DNA of 64,000 nucleotides from a virus (lineage: Duplodnaviria > Caudoviricetes): IMG/VR virus record IMGVR_UViG_3300024272_002379; one strand, given 5' to 3'. The notes under the pieces are model-generated. The model had not been told where the DNA came from and did no database searches. It worked only from the letters and a program-made list of their open reading frames with translations. How positions within the stretch are numbered: position 1 is the stretch's first letter; every line of letters starts with the position of its first letter. Position numbers and translations under genes: made by a program. Positions 37,678-47,804 of the stretch are shown in pieces.

Positions 37678-40600
37678 CTATTCGTTAATAATAGAAATGG
37701 ACTGCTCTAATGCTGTATTATCATCTTTCAGTACTCTAGCTGTAAGTTTATCAATACATGCTAAGTAAGCTGATTCATATACCAGATGAACTACTCCATT
37801 CATGTCTGTTACATAATTTTCACAATTAAGTATACCATATTCACAGTCTACAGCAACCTCTTTTGAAATAACAGGATTACTTTGAATGTCAAGTACTTCA
37901 ATCGAAACATCTACTTTATCGTATCCGCCAGCTTTAAGTCTTAAAGGATTGCAGTGAATCTTTATACTGTAAGGTTCATTATGTTCGTCTGTAAGATAAA
38001 TAAAACCTTTGTAGTCTGTTCTATAAACTGGATTTAAACTTAAGTCTGATGCTATGAACTTGTTATTTCTGGTATCTGTTTCAAAATATACTTTAAATTT
38101 CTTTACTATTTCTCGTTTGATAAAAGCTTGGAAATCTATACCAGTATAATACGAGTTTGCCTGTGATTGATTACAATATCCGTAATATACAAATCCAGAA
38201 AAGATTTGAGTATCTACGTCAGAATTCAAATCAAAGTCTAATACAGATGCATTATTCCATACTCCTGGACGATTCCACATAGAAGCTTTACATTGGAGGA
38301 TATTATTAGTTTTTTCTATTCTTATCCTGATACCATTCGGGAATTCACTCCAGCCGTGTGTAGTGCCATCAAAGCTAGGGTCAATACTTGAAGTAAAACC
38401 ACATAGTACTTTTTGAGTTGGTCTATACCAGTCATATACTAATGCATAAGTATAACCATCAGGATTAAATCCGCCTCTTGAAACTATATAGGATAAAGTA
38501 TGCGGACTGTCATATTCATCAAATGCATATGCAACAATTACACCGTTGATATCATCATCAGAGTTTCCTGACTTAATTGTTACTTCATGTGTATACGCTT
38601 CTACTGGGTCTTCATTGCTAATGAAACCATTGAAATTCGTAGAGTTTATTGTCGTTGAGAAAGTACCTAATGATGTGTCATACGCCCATGATTCTTCTTC
38701 TGTTGGACTGTAATGCATTGAATCACTACTTACATGACATGAGAATCTTAATCCGCTCATGTACATCTGCTCTATACTCATACCACTATAAGGTTCCATA
38801 TAAGAATCATAATCTGGAAGCTGACATAAATCTTTGTCCATATACAATATTAGCTTAGTTGTATTATTCACTCTATCAATATCTGCATAAAATGAATATG
38901 GTATTCTGTAAACCATTTCAACTCTATCACCCGCCGCAAGGAAATCATTAAAGATAAGCAGATGGTTTACAATTCTATAACAATCAGGTGTTACTAAGTT
39001 ATCATTAATATATACATTTATTGATTCCAGTTCAAAGTCATTACGTTTAAGCTCAATATACTTTTCTTTAGTCTCCATGATGTAAACATCTGTAACATAC
39101 ATTTTCTGGTCAACATCATATAACTGACGATAAGTATGTCCATATTCATCTTCGACTGTAATTGGACAATACTGTTGAGGAGTTCCTCTTGTGATATTAA
39201 TTTCTTCAGTGTCTACATTATTAGGACTTACCCTAATATATGGAGTATTTTTAGTAACGATATCATAAGCAGTATTTGATTTAACTTTAATTGGAGTCGT
39301 TAAATGTCTGGTAGGATATTGCATATCCAATCCACTATCATAAAGTAATTCAGTATTTTCTGTTGTACATTGAACCTTAACATATTCGATTTCATTTTCC
39401 GTGTATCCTCTTGAAAGGACATCTGCTCCGATTACATCAATTACTCTTTTAAATACGGTATGATATTCACCATCTCGTGGAATTTCGAATGCTTCTGTAT
39501 TTATAAAGTTTGTAACTACGTCTTCTGGAGCGTATACGCCTGTCATAGACACGCCAGAAATATAAGGTAATATCTCATGTGTCTCTAAAGTTTTAATTCG
39601 TTTATGAAGCCAATACAGCTTTTCACCGAATGGAATTACTATCTTGTATCTGAAGTATCTTGCATGAGCTGGAATGTCACCTGCTAAAGTAATATTGTTC
39701 CATTTAATATTCTCAAGCAACAACGCATCTGCATTTGATGCATATGCAATATATAACTGAATATGATGAGAGTAATACGATTCAAACAAATCTAATATTA
39801 ACTCAGTTTCACAACCAAAGTCTAAGATTTTTGAAATAAATATACCATTGCCTTCATCTGGACCAGCTATCATATGGTCTGTAACTGTAACGATATTAGT
39901 TGTGTTAACGGCATCCATTTCATCTTTCCAATCAAGGTAACAGCATAAATAGTCTTCTGTTGTCAGGTCATTATTTAATACAGATGCCTGGCAATTAATT
40001 CTTACTTGATAGCCATTACTTAATGGAACTGTTGGAACTGTATTGTTCTCAAATGGTGTCCATTCTGACCATTTACCTTCTTCTGTAATATAGCTACGAA
40101 TTTCCATTGGCAAATAATTAGAACCGTCTTCAAATGAATATGTTACATTAAAAGCTCCTGCTTCTGTTAGGATATTAGGGAACAGGATGACTGGAGAATA
40201 ATAATACGAAGTAAGGTATTCTCTAAAGTAAACTCCGTCTATGCTAGGCTTAAGCGTTACACCTTGTCCGTCTATCCATTGGAATGCATCTTCATCCTGA
40301 AGCAATTCAGAACGAGTATCTTTTGTAATAGAATAACTTTCGGCAGGAGTAGCTGCATGTCTTAAATGAACATCGAGAGTTATATACCCATTAAGTGTTT
40401 TGAAGTATTTCTGCTCTAACTTTTCAAAGTCAGCTTCAACGTCAAATTCACTATAAGCAAAATACTCATGTTGATTGAGATAATAGTATCCATTGTGAAT
40501 ACGTGGAGCCCATTGTGATGTAGCATTAACGACACCTTTGAATGCGACTCCGACAGATGTTAATCCGTTCTCGTCAAATGCAATTTCAGTTGGATAACGC

Positions 40601-43600
40601 ATTGCTAATACATCTGAATTATCAGTTGTAACTGCCAGATAATAATTGTCGTATTCATAGGATGTTTCTGGTTTGGCTACTTCAAATATTTTTTCGGTTG
40701 TCTTATTATCAAAGATTTCCTGATTTTCCATATTAATAGTAGCCACAACATCATAATACTCCATATCTTTATATGTTAAACTATCAGAGTAAAAAGTAAC
40801 GTAATCACCATTTACATTAGTGATTGAGTCTTTATTGTTCCAAGGATTTTCCCACTTGTACGATACTAATGCTGATTCTGGATAGAACTCAGTAATTAAA
40901 ATGTAAATCTTAATTGTATCTTCGTGAACAGTTGTTGGAATATTAAATTGAGGAGTATCTACAACAAGGTCCTGCTTACCATGTTGATTATCTGAACGAT
41001 AACGTCCATTTACCAATCCGTAAAATACATCCATGTTGGCACCAGGAAGTTCGTCATAGTAATCTCGTGTTTTAAGCATTGGCTTAGCGGTAAACCATAA
41101 GTACTCATCAATGTATCTACCATTATCTTGTCCATCATGTTTCCAGTACATTAATGTCCACTGATATAAGTACTCCGTTAGTGGAATATGTTCAGAACTT
41201 GTCGTAGCTATTGGGTCATCACCAAATTGCTCAACGTAATTGTTTGTATTGGTAATGAAAACATTCCTTGCATAATAAACATGTAAAATAATAATATGCT
41301 TGTAATTACTATTCGGATTACATGTTGGCAAAATTTCATAGAACGGCGTCTTTGCATCTGGGTCCTCTAAGTTAAATCTGTAATTTAAAATAGGAGATTC
41401 AAAGTAGGTATCGTTATGAGCTATAAAATCTGAGTTGATGCCTACAACCATGATTTCATCTCCTGCTTTAACTAAGCCGTCATATCCTTCTAGCCATATA
41501 TCATCCCCTCTTTCAAGGACTTTAATAACAGAAGTAATATCCGCTTGTAATCCAGAATATACGTAATCTGGATTCTTTCTGTTCAGTAAAAAACCTCTGT
41601 AGTCTTCTGCTGTACTTATAAGAATCTCAGATGGGTGGTCGTATGCATTAAGCTCCGTAGTGACGAATCTTGTACCATCATAGATAATACCATCTGTATA
41701 ACCATCTATGTATACGTAATTACTTGGCGATACTAAGTAGCAATCATCTCCAAATTCAGCCGATGTACCTACTTGGTCAATATCTGTATAAACATTAACA
41801 GAACCAACTTTGCCGTCTTCCAAATTTGAATAGTCAAATGTGTTGTCGTCCATTATATCTTCATCTGCATAGTCATATGTGTCTTTTATGAATAACCCCT
41901 TGATTAAATAACGACCATCTGTTGTTCCTATGGTTTTATTATAACCCGCTGCCCATTCTGGTGTAAGTTTTGCTGCATCCAGAATTAAATCATATACACT
42001 TTTTGGTGTCATGGTTTGTGTATGCGGAGCTATAATTTGGTCTTTATCTATGATAGCTCTTTTTTCTTTTTGACTATAATATATAGGAGTAACATCTCTA
42101 TCAAAAGCAAATGGTCCAATTAGTTCCGTTTCTACCTGAACAGCTTTTACTCTATCTATATAGTAAGGTTTGTAAATAACCTCAGTAGATGGACTCATTC
42201 CACCAAATATAGGATTACTTGAATCTGAACCAGAAAACTGCTGGATATAATCAATAAATACTCTTTGCATTCCAGCCGCATCATTCCATGTAAGCTGTCC
42301 GCCAGATGTAGGTACTGTAGAATGACAAAAGCTAATGTAATCAGCTTTATAACCAACACCTGATGATGGGTCAACATAATCTCCGCCACCGTAATCAGAA
42401 ATTAAACAAGCAACTTTTTCACATACTCCCTTAAGGGCATTTGCACTAGATACTAGGTTGTTTCTTAAGTTACCTTCAACTACACCATGTCTTGCTCCAG
42501 TTACATTTGGAGAGTCATTGGTATGAATCAAACCATTTGAGTCTGTATTTGGAAATCCATCTGAAAAGAAATATGTTACAAATTTTCCATCAGCACCTAA
42601 GCTAGTAATTGCGTCTCTTGCGGCATTTAATCCAGCAGCCCAGCTTGTTGCTCCGCCATTAATTGCAATTCCATTAACTGCGACTTTTGCACTAGCCGCA
42701 TTAGTAAATCCTGTTAATCGCTTTGCTGTTTTTGCAAATTGTATAATACAATACCGTACTGTTGTACTTCCTTTGGCGGCCTCAATTGTATCAATACAAT
42801 TCATTACTGCTGCTTTCATAATAGGTCCGCCATTACCAAAAGGAAGCTGTTCCAATGAGTTTGTTTTATCAAGAACAAAAACTACATTTAATGGATTGCC
42901 ATAGAATGTTCCTGGTTGTGAGCCTGGACTCCAGTTCTCTAATAAAGTGGTAACTTCTATTGGCTCAACAGCCTCTACTGCTTTTCTCAAGAAAATAGTT
43001 GCGTATAACTTTGCATATACATTTACTGGCATTGTGCCAAACATATATTGCTGAATACTTACGTCTTCTCTAGGATAAGCATCTAAATCAAATGTTACTT
43101 CACCTTCTTGTTCTTCTACAGTCTCCTGTGCCTCTAAGCAGATTTTATAGTTGAAGCCAACTTGGTCATAATGTTTTTCTCTCTGAACTCGTTTACCTGT
43201 TAATTCAAGATAAGCTTTAAACTTCTGGTAAAAGTCCGCATCCATTTGCTTGTAAACTTTTAAATCATTGCCATCTCCAATGCCAGAATGAAATGCTTCA
43301 AGAGCTTCTTCTATAATTTCTCTTTCGGAGTCATCTGTTGTAAAGTCGTAGTTCTTTGGAACATTGTATTCTTCAAGAGATTCAGATGCATCAACTGTTT
43401 CTGTCATTACAGTAACACTTGCCGATGGTGAAGATGTCTGCTCATCTGTATAGTTAATTAATCTTCTTGTATAAGGTGTATTTGGATTTAGTCCAGTTTC
43501 TGTATATGAAGTAGCCCCAATAGGAAGCTGAGCAATAATTTTACTCTGGTCTGCTTCGCTACTGAGGTCAACAGCTTCTTCAACCAAGTAATGAGCATAT

Positions 43601-44022
43601 TGTTCATCCTCAGGCCATGACCAAATAATAGTCGTGCTGTCATATGCAACACCGACTAATTTAGGGACTTTTAATACATCATTTCTTGGATGTATGTAAC
43701 ATTTAATTGTAGGTCTAAGAGATAAAGAATTATCATTTCCATCTGATTCAAAGTATACTTCTACTCTATCAGAAAGTCCTACTATTTCAAATTCATCTAC
43801 TTCTACCGAAGTTCGTTCGATACCTAAAGCTGTACAATAAGCATCGACTTCATCCTCAAACATATCCAGAACATATACACCTTGAGACAGTATATGATAA
43901 TTATTATACAGTAGAGCATCTGTTGCTGCTGTTACTTCGGTTTCAAATATTTTATTAAATCTACTTGTACTGTTATCTATTAAATTAACAATAGTAACAA
44001 CGATGTTATACTGAATTATCAT
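37678..44022 (-). CDS. giant virion protein with FN3, vWA, lectin-like and Ig-like domains
   Basis: FN3 (TTIIWSW...YTETGL.PNT.Y), vWA (VVFVLDKTNS, GATS, FFSDG.P), DDD..G.IVAY lectin-like segment, C-terminal TD.NG...L.Y Ig-like domain. Confidence 0.75.
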   Translation of the reverse strand: MIIQYNIVVTIVNLIDNSTSRFNKIFETEVTAATDALLYNNYHILSQGVYVLDMFEDEVDAYCTALGIERTSVEVDEFEIVGLSDRVEVYFESDGNDNSLSLRPTIKCYIHPRNDVLKVPKLVGVAYDSTTIIWSWPEDEQYAHYLVEEAVDLSSEADQSKIIAQLPIGATSYTETGLNPNTPYTRRLINYTDEQTSSPSASVTVMTETVDASESLEEYNVPKNYDFTTDDSEREIIEEALEAFHSGIGDGNDLKVYKQMDADFYQKFKAYLELTGKRVQREKHYDQVGFNYKICLEAQETVEEQEGEVTFDLDAYPREDVSIQQYMFGTMPVNVYAKLYATIFLRKAVEAVEPIEVTTLLENWSPGSQPGTFYGNPLNVVFVLDKTNSLEQLPFGNGGPIMKAAVMNCIDTIEAAKGSTTVRYCIIQFAKTAKRLTGFTNAASAKVAVNGIAINGGATSWAAGLNAARDAITSLGADGKFVTYFFSDGFPNTDSNGLIHTNDSPNVTGARHGVVEGNLRNNLVSSANALKGVCEKVACLISDYGGGDYVDPSSGVGYKADYISFCHSTVPTSGGQLTWNDAAGMQRVFIDYIQQFSGSDSSNPIFGGMSPSTEVIYKPYYIDRVKAVQVETELIGPFAFDRDVTPIYYSQKEKRAIIDKDQIIAPHTQTMTPKSVYDLILDAAKLTPEWAAGYNKTIGTTDGRYLIKGLFIKDTYDYADEDIMDDNTFDYSNLEDGKVGSVNVYTDIDQVGTSAEFGDDCYLVSPSNYVYIDGYTDGIIYDGTRFVTTELNAYDHPSEILISTAEDYRGFLLNRKNPDYVYSGLQADITSVIKVLERGDDIWLEGYDGLVKAGDEIMVVGINSDFIAHNDTYFESPILNYRFNLEDPDAKTPFYEILPTCNPNSNYKHIIILHVYYARNVFITNTNNYVEQFGDDPIATTSSEHIPLTEYLYQWTLMYWKHDGQDNGRYIDEYLWFTAKPMLKTRDYYDELPGANMDVFYGLVNGRYRSDNQHGKQDLVVDTPQFNIPTTVHEDTIKIYILITEFYPESALVSYKWENPWNNKDSITNVNGDYVTFYSDSLTYKDMEYYDVVATINMENQEIFDNKTTEKIFEVAKPETSYEYDNYYLAVTTDNSDVLAMRYPTEIAFDENGLTSVGVAFKGVVNATSQWAPRIHNGYYYLNQHEYFAYSEFDVEADFEKLEQKYFKTLNGYITLDVHLRHAATPAESYSITKDTRSELLQDEDAFQWIDGQGVTLKPSIDGVYFREYLTSYYYSPVILFPNILTEAGAFNVTYSFEDGSNYLPMEIRSYITEEGKWSEWTPFENNTVPTVPLSNGYQVRINCQASVLNNDLTTEDYLCCYLDWKDEMDAVNTTNIVTVTDHMIAGPDEGNGIFISKILDFGCETELILDLFESYYSHHIQLYIAYASNADALLLENIKWNNITLAGDIPAHARYFRYKIVIPFGEKLYWLHKRIKTLETHEILPYISGVSMTGVYAPEDVVTNFINTEAFEIPRDGEYHTVFKRVIDVIGADVLSRGYTENEIEYVKVQCTTENTELLYDSGLDMQYPTRHLTTPIKVKSNTAYDIVTKNTPYIRVSPNNVDTEEINITRGTPQQYCPITVEDEYGHTYRQLYDVDQKMYVTDVYIMETKEKYIELKRNDFELESINVYINDNLVTPDCYRIVNHLLIFNDFLAAGDRVEMVYRIPYSFYADIDRVNNTTKLILYMDKDLCQLPDYDSYMEPYSGMSIEQMYMSGLRFSCHVSSDSMHYSPTEEESWAYDTSLGTFSTTINSTNFNGFISNEDPVEAYTHEVTIKSGNSDDDINGVIVAYAFDEYDSPHTLSYIVSRGGFNPDGYTYALVYDWYRPTQKVLCGFTSSIDPSFDGTTHGWSEFPNGIRIRIEKTNNILQCKASMWNRPGVWNNASVLDFDLNSDVDTQIFSGFVYYGYCNQSQANSYYTGIDFQAFIKREIVKKFKVYFETDTRNNKFIASDLSLNPVYRTDYKGFIYLTDEHNEPYSIKIHCNPLRLKAGGYDKVDVSIEVLDIQSNPVISKEVAVDCEYGILNCENYVTDMNGVVHLVYESAYLACIDKLTARVLKDDNTALEQSISIINE

Positions 44023-44037
44023 TTCCAATACCACCTT

Positions 44038-44340
44038 TTAATATATTGTATAGTTGCCGTCCTTTGTGATGTAATATCCGTTATCAAGTAAGTAAAAGCT
44101 TCCAAAAATTATACTCTTAACCTCTTTGACAATTTCATATGCAACACCAATTGGCATTTCACCAGCTACATATTTTTGTTCAATGCTTGCTTTCTTTCTG
44201 AATACAGTAAAGCTTTTAGCAATGATACTTTTTGATGTTTTCTTTTCTGGTTCGATTGTTTCAGGTTCTGCCTTAACATCTTCTGCTTCCAATGGTACTA
44301 CTTTTTCTTCTACTTCTTTTGACTTACTTTTTCTAGCCAT
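44038..44340 (-). CDS. hypothetical protein (basic/acidic N-terminus, SH3-like C-terminus)
   Basis: GAGGAGG RBS; G..YEIV.E......FY.L..G.YI pattern. Confidence 0.65.
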   Translation of the reverse strand: MARKSKSKEVEEKVVPLEAEDVKAEPETIEPEKKTSKSIIAKSFTVFRKKASIEQKYVAGEMPIGVAYEIVKEVKSIIFGSFYLLDNGYYITKDGNYTIY

Positions 44341-44342
44341 TG

Positions 44343-45704
44343 TTATTCCTCCTCATTGTAAATTGTTCTGATATTCGCTTTTAGCGTAGTTTCATTGATA
44401 CATAATACTTCCCATTCCATATCATATTTATCAGATAATCCGCTTAGTTTGGGAACTATTACTCTGTAAAGTCCGTACTTTTGAAGGTTATTTACTTTAG
44501 ATAAAAATTGACTCCATGACATAAGTAATGTATTTTCAAGTCGTAAATAATCTTCAAACTCTTTTGTCATGTCAATTTCCTCTCCAGTTTCTTTATCAAT
44601 ATAGGTTACTGTAAATGATAAATCTATATAATCTTTCAGGATAACACCTGGAACAGCAAACTCTTGTGTAGCTGTTTCTTGTCCTTCAGAATAGATTACC
44701 GTATACCAGTTCCAGCCTATCTCTGTTACGAAAATAGAAGATATTTGACATTTCTCATGACCAACTCTTATTCGTTTGCCGTCAGGATATATTACATATA
44801 TAACGACATCTTCTTCGTCATAAGATTTTCCAACTTCTATTTTAGCACCTTCATACCAAACATTCAATCTCAAAGAACTAACATTAGTATATGGAACAGT
44901 GATTTGTGTAATGAGATTTTGATATTGAATTTTAAACACACCATTGTTGGTATCTGTAATAACAGGAAAATCTAAGAATTCCCATTCTGTAGGAGAAAGT
45001 CTTATGATTTCTCTTGTATCTGTGGCAACTAAGAATACGCCAGTAACTAGTACTTCATCAGAGTATATTCTGCTCCCGATAGGGAGTATTTCTCCTGTAT
45101 ATTCAGCATCTAGTGCTAATAATTTTGGCAATCCGACAATGATAAAATCAACAGCGAAAACTGTATCTAGTAATAAATCCTCGTACAATAAAGTTTTTGT
45201 ATTATCACCTATTTTATACACCAAATAGTCATCATTTTTAATTTCACAATCATTTGGATTAATAATTTTTATAGAACCGTCATTCAATCTGGCTTTTATA
45301 AGTAAATCATTTTTACTGAAAGTATCTGATACAAATAAATCAGAACCAGTGTATCCTACAGTTATATCTATGATAATAGGCTCAAATGTAATGTGATGAT
45401 TCACTGCTATCTCTTGTGTAATTATACCTTTTGATGCGTCATTAATATCACGACTATGACTTCCATATAAAGTAATGACGCAAGGTGCTGTAATTGTCAA
45501 AGCAATTATTCCACTTGCGTCACTATATACTTCCGTCATATTTGTAATATCAGGTTCGCTGCCGTCATAGGTCATTGCATATTGAATAGATAAGTGATTA
45601 CCTATACATTGATTGCCATTATCATCATATCCTTTAAATATAATAGGAAAAGCTCCTAATTGCTTTGCCCATTCATTAACTCCTGGGGTAATTGATAATG
45701 CCAT
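44343..45704 (-). CDS. virion protein with Ig-like repeats
   Basis: Three Y.G..(L/I).VG..(F/Y)...D repeats like those in 19534-21264. Confidence 0.65.
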   Translation of the reverse strand: MALSITPGVNEWAKQLGAFPIIFKGYDDNGNQCIGNHLSIQYAMTYDGSEPDITNMTEVYSDASGIIALTITAPCVITLYGSHSRDINDASKGIITQEIAVNHHITFEPIIIDITVGYTGSDLFVSDTFSKNDLLIKARLNDGSIKIINPNDCEIKNDDYLVYKIGDNTKTLLYEDLLLDTVFAVDFIIVGLPKLLALDAEYTGEILPIGSRIYSDEVLVTGVFLVATDTREIIRLSPTEWEFLDFPVITDTNNGVFKIQYQNLITQITVPYTNVSSLRLNVWYEGAKIEVGKSYDEEDVVIYVIYPDGKRIRVGHEKCQISSIFVTEIGWNWYTVIYSEGQETATQEFAVPGVILKDYIDLSFTVTYIDKETGEEIDMTKEFEDYLRLENTLLMSWSQFLSKVNNLQKYGLYRVIVPKLSGLSDKYDMEWEVLCINETTLKANIRTIYNEEE

Positions 45705-46816
45705 TATTTCACCTTCTTATAATTTTTAAAACCTTGAATAGAGCCATCATATAAATGAGGAATAAAACCTGTTCCTGATACGCTTGATTCATTCTGGTCC
45801 CAGTAGTGCTCATTCCAATGAAAATGATTCCAGAATATAGGAGACTCTGAATTCAATATGTCTATATACTGCTTTAACTTTGTTTTAGGTTTTCCTTCAA
45901 TGGTAAACAGCTCGTTATACAATTTAATATCTTCACGATTATGTAGCTGATGCATTTCTAATCCGTAAACATAACTTACAGTACATTCTTTACGAATCTT
46001 TTTATCATTAAAGGCTTTAAGTAATACCGTGCCTGCACTAGTTAAGAACACTCTTGATGAGTCAATTGGTTCTCCATCAACTGTGATAGAATTTAAGACT
46101 ATCATAGCATCTTCTAATTCCAAATCTCTTGCTGGATTAGTCCAAATAAGATTTCTACGTATAGCCAATTCTCTACCAATACCATTGATTAATCCTGGTT
46201 TGCTGGCACCTGCCTTATTCGTGAATACATCCATAATACGCTTTTTATATTCGATATTAGGTTCTTCGAATAATCTAGGACAAGATACCAATGCTCCTAA
46301 TTCATCAAAGAAATTCCAAACTTGATGAGGCATTAATGGTCTGACATATTCACTGTCATCTTTGAAGATAAGTTTAATTTTACCATTGTCGTTAATAGCA
46401 TCTGCATTGAATTTTTGTCTTACATAAATGATATTGCGTTTCTCATCTACGAAATAGAATTCAAATGAATGCATATTTCGATTCTGAATATTCTGGTCTA
46501 TGCCAAAGAACTCTTTGATACTTTTGGTCCTGATAAGCTGGGCATTATTTGCAAATACAGACTTAAGTTCCGACACCTTAAGAGGCATCGGAACAATGGT
46601 CTTATAGCAAAAATCTACTTGAGATATGTCTGCTGTATTTATGTAACATTGATTATAAGCATAGTCGATTACATATCTTGCGTCGTCTAATTCAAGACCG
46701 CATATATTTAAGAATCTTGCACCAATACTATCTTCTGATTCTTTACGAATCTTAAACCAATGAGGTAGTGCATTTAATATCGCATTTGTGTGACGTGCAA
46801 AAGTTAAGTCTGCCAT
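45704..46816 (-). CDS. baseplate/tail protein (gpI-like)
   Basis: L..LP.W, H.VWN.FDE.G.L....R..E.N..YK.RI.DVF......S..GL..GI.REL pattern. Confidence 0.55.
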   Translation of the reverse strand: MADLTFARHTNAILNALPHWFKIRKESEDSIGARFLNICGLELDDARYVIDYAYNQCYINTADISQVDFCYKTIVPMPLKVSELKSVFANNAQLIRTKSIKEFFGIDQNIQNRNMHSFEFYFVDEKRNIIYVRQKFNADAINDNGKIKLIFKDDSEYVRPLMPHQVWNFFDELGALVSCPRLFEEPNIEYKKRIMDVFTNKAGASKPGLINGIGRELAIRRNLIWTNPARDLELEDAMIVLNSITVDGEPIDSSRVFLTSAGTVLLKAFNDKKIRKECTVSYVYGLEMHQLHNREDIKLYNELFTIEGKPKTKLKQYIDILNSESPIFWNHFHWNEHYWDQNESSVSGTGFIPHLYDGSIQGFKNYKKVK

Positions 46817-46826
46817 AATTTCACTC

Positions 46827-47225
46827 CTATCCGTTCCAACGAGACTTTGTTTCTCTTACATCAATATGAGTAAAAGTTGCATAAGCACCTATACCGCCTG
46901 TATTTACTAACAAAGTTTCTGCGAACTTTACAACTTCTTTTGGGGAAATTCCACTTACCACTATATCTGCCGCTGTACCGTATAAATGTTGTGATTGTGC
47001 AGCTCCACCTACTTTTTTGTTGTGACTAGGTGTACGATATGCTGAATTAATTATAACAGGTTTGCCAAAGTGTGAACGAATTTTTTGTAAGATTTCTACT
47101 AATTCTGGAGCGATAAAGATTACATCACTACCATCCTGACAAGCAAACTCTCTTACTTTAAAGTTTGTAGATACTTGTTTGTTTCCGTCTACTTTTTTTG
47201 AATAGGCATATATTACTGGTTTCAT
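46827..47225 (-). CDS. peptidase M15 (Zn D-Ala-D-Ala / L,D-peptidase family)
   Basis: NF...EFAC.DG, INSAYR...HN..VGG...SQH..G.AADI, FTHID.R. Confidence 0.92.
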   Translation of the reverse strand: MKPVIYAYSKKVDGNKQVSTNFKVREFACQDGSDVIFIAPELVEILQKIRSHFGKPVIINSAYRTPSHNKKVGGAAQSQHLYGTAADIVVSGISPKEVVKFAETLLVNTGGIGAYATFTHIDVRETKSRWNG

Positions 47226-47235
47226 AAAATACCTC

Positions 47236-47793
47236 CTAACTTTGTTTTTGAAGATTTCCATGCCATTTTCTTAGCAAATATATTCTTCTTAAAATAAGGT
47301 TTTTTCTTTCTTCTGAAAAGTAATTTGATGTATTGATTATTTCAGTAAAAACTGGAATATATTCGTCAACTGTTAAATTAAGGTATCTTAACAGTTGACC
47401 TATATATTCAATATTATTAACTTTAAATTTTACCAAGGCTGCGGCACATTCATGAGCAAGCAAATCTTCTGGAGCTAAAAAATAGAATTCGTCTTTTTTA
47501 ATAGCTCTATCTTTGTACCCTTGAGGGCCAAAGCACTTATCAACAATATCTATAGAACTAGTTTTTGTTATATTTTCTGCATCAATATCAGTAAAAATAT
47601 CAACATCATGAATATGTTTTAGTATGAAGTAATCCATGAAACTAGCACAACTTGAACCGCCTATAATAAAATCTTTTGTAGATAAATTATTAGCAATTTG
47701 GAATTCTTTTACTTTTCGCAATATAATTCTATTATTTCGATTATGTAGTTCACTATATTTATCGTAGTTTTGATACGAAAATGATATTGCCAT
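47236..47793 (-). CDS. putative polymerase-beta-superfamily nucleotidyltransferase
   Basis: hIGGS...DVDI...IDIV motif (GS, DxD and a third D). Confidence 0.55.
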   Translation of the reverse strand: MAISFSYQNYDKYSELHNRNNRIILRKVKEFQIANNLSTKDFIIGGSSCASFMDYFILKHIHDVDIFTDIDAENITKTSSIDIVDKCFGPQGYKDRAIKKDEFYFLAPEDLLAHECAAALVKFKVNNIEYIGQLLRYLNLTVDEYIPVFTEIINTSNYFSEERKNLILRRIYLLRKWHGNLQKQS

Positions 47794-47804
47794 TTTGTCT
47801 CCTT

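Noticed and set aside
44022-44040. Stop readthrough from 44038-44340 into the in-frame giant gene (similarly at 28251/28252)
   Set aside because: The stops are TAA, and each downstream gene has its own SD and start codon.
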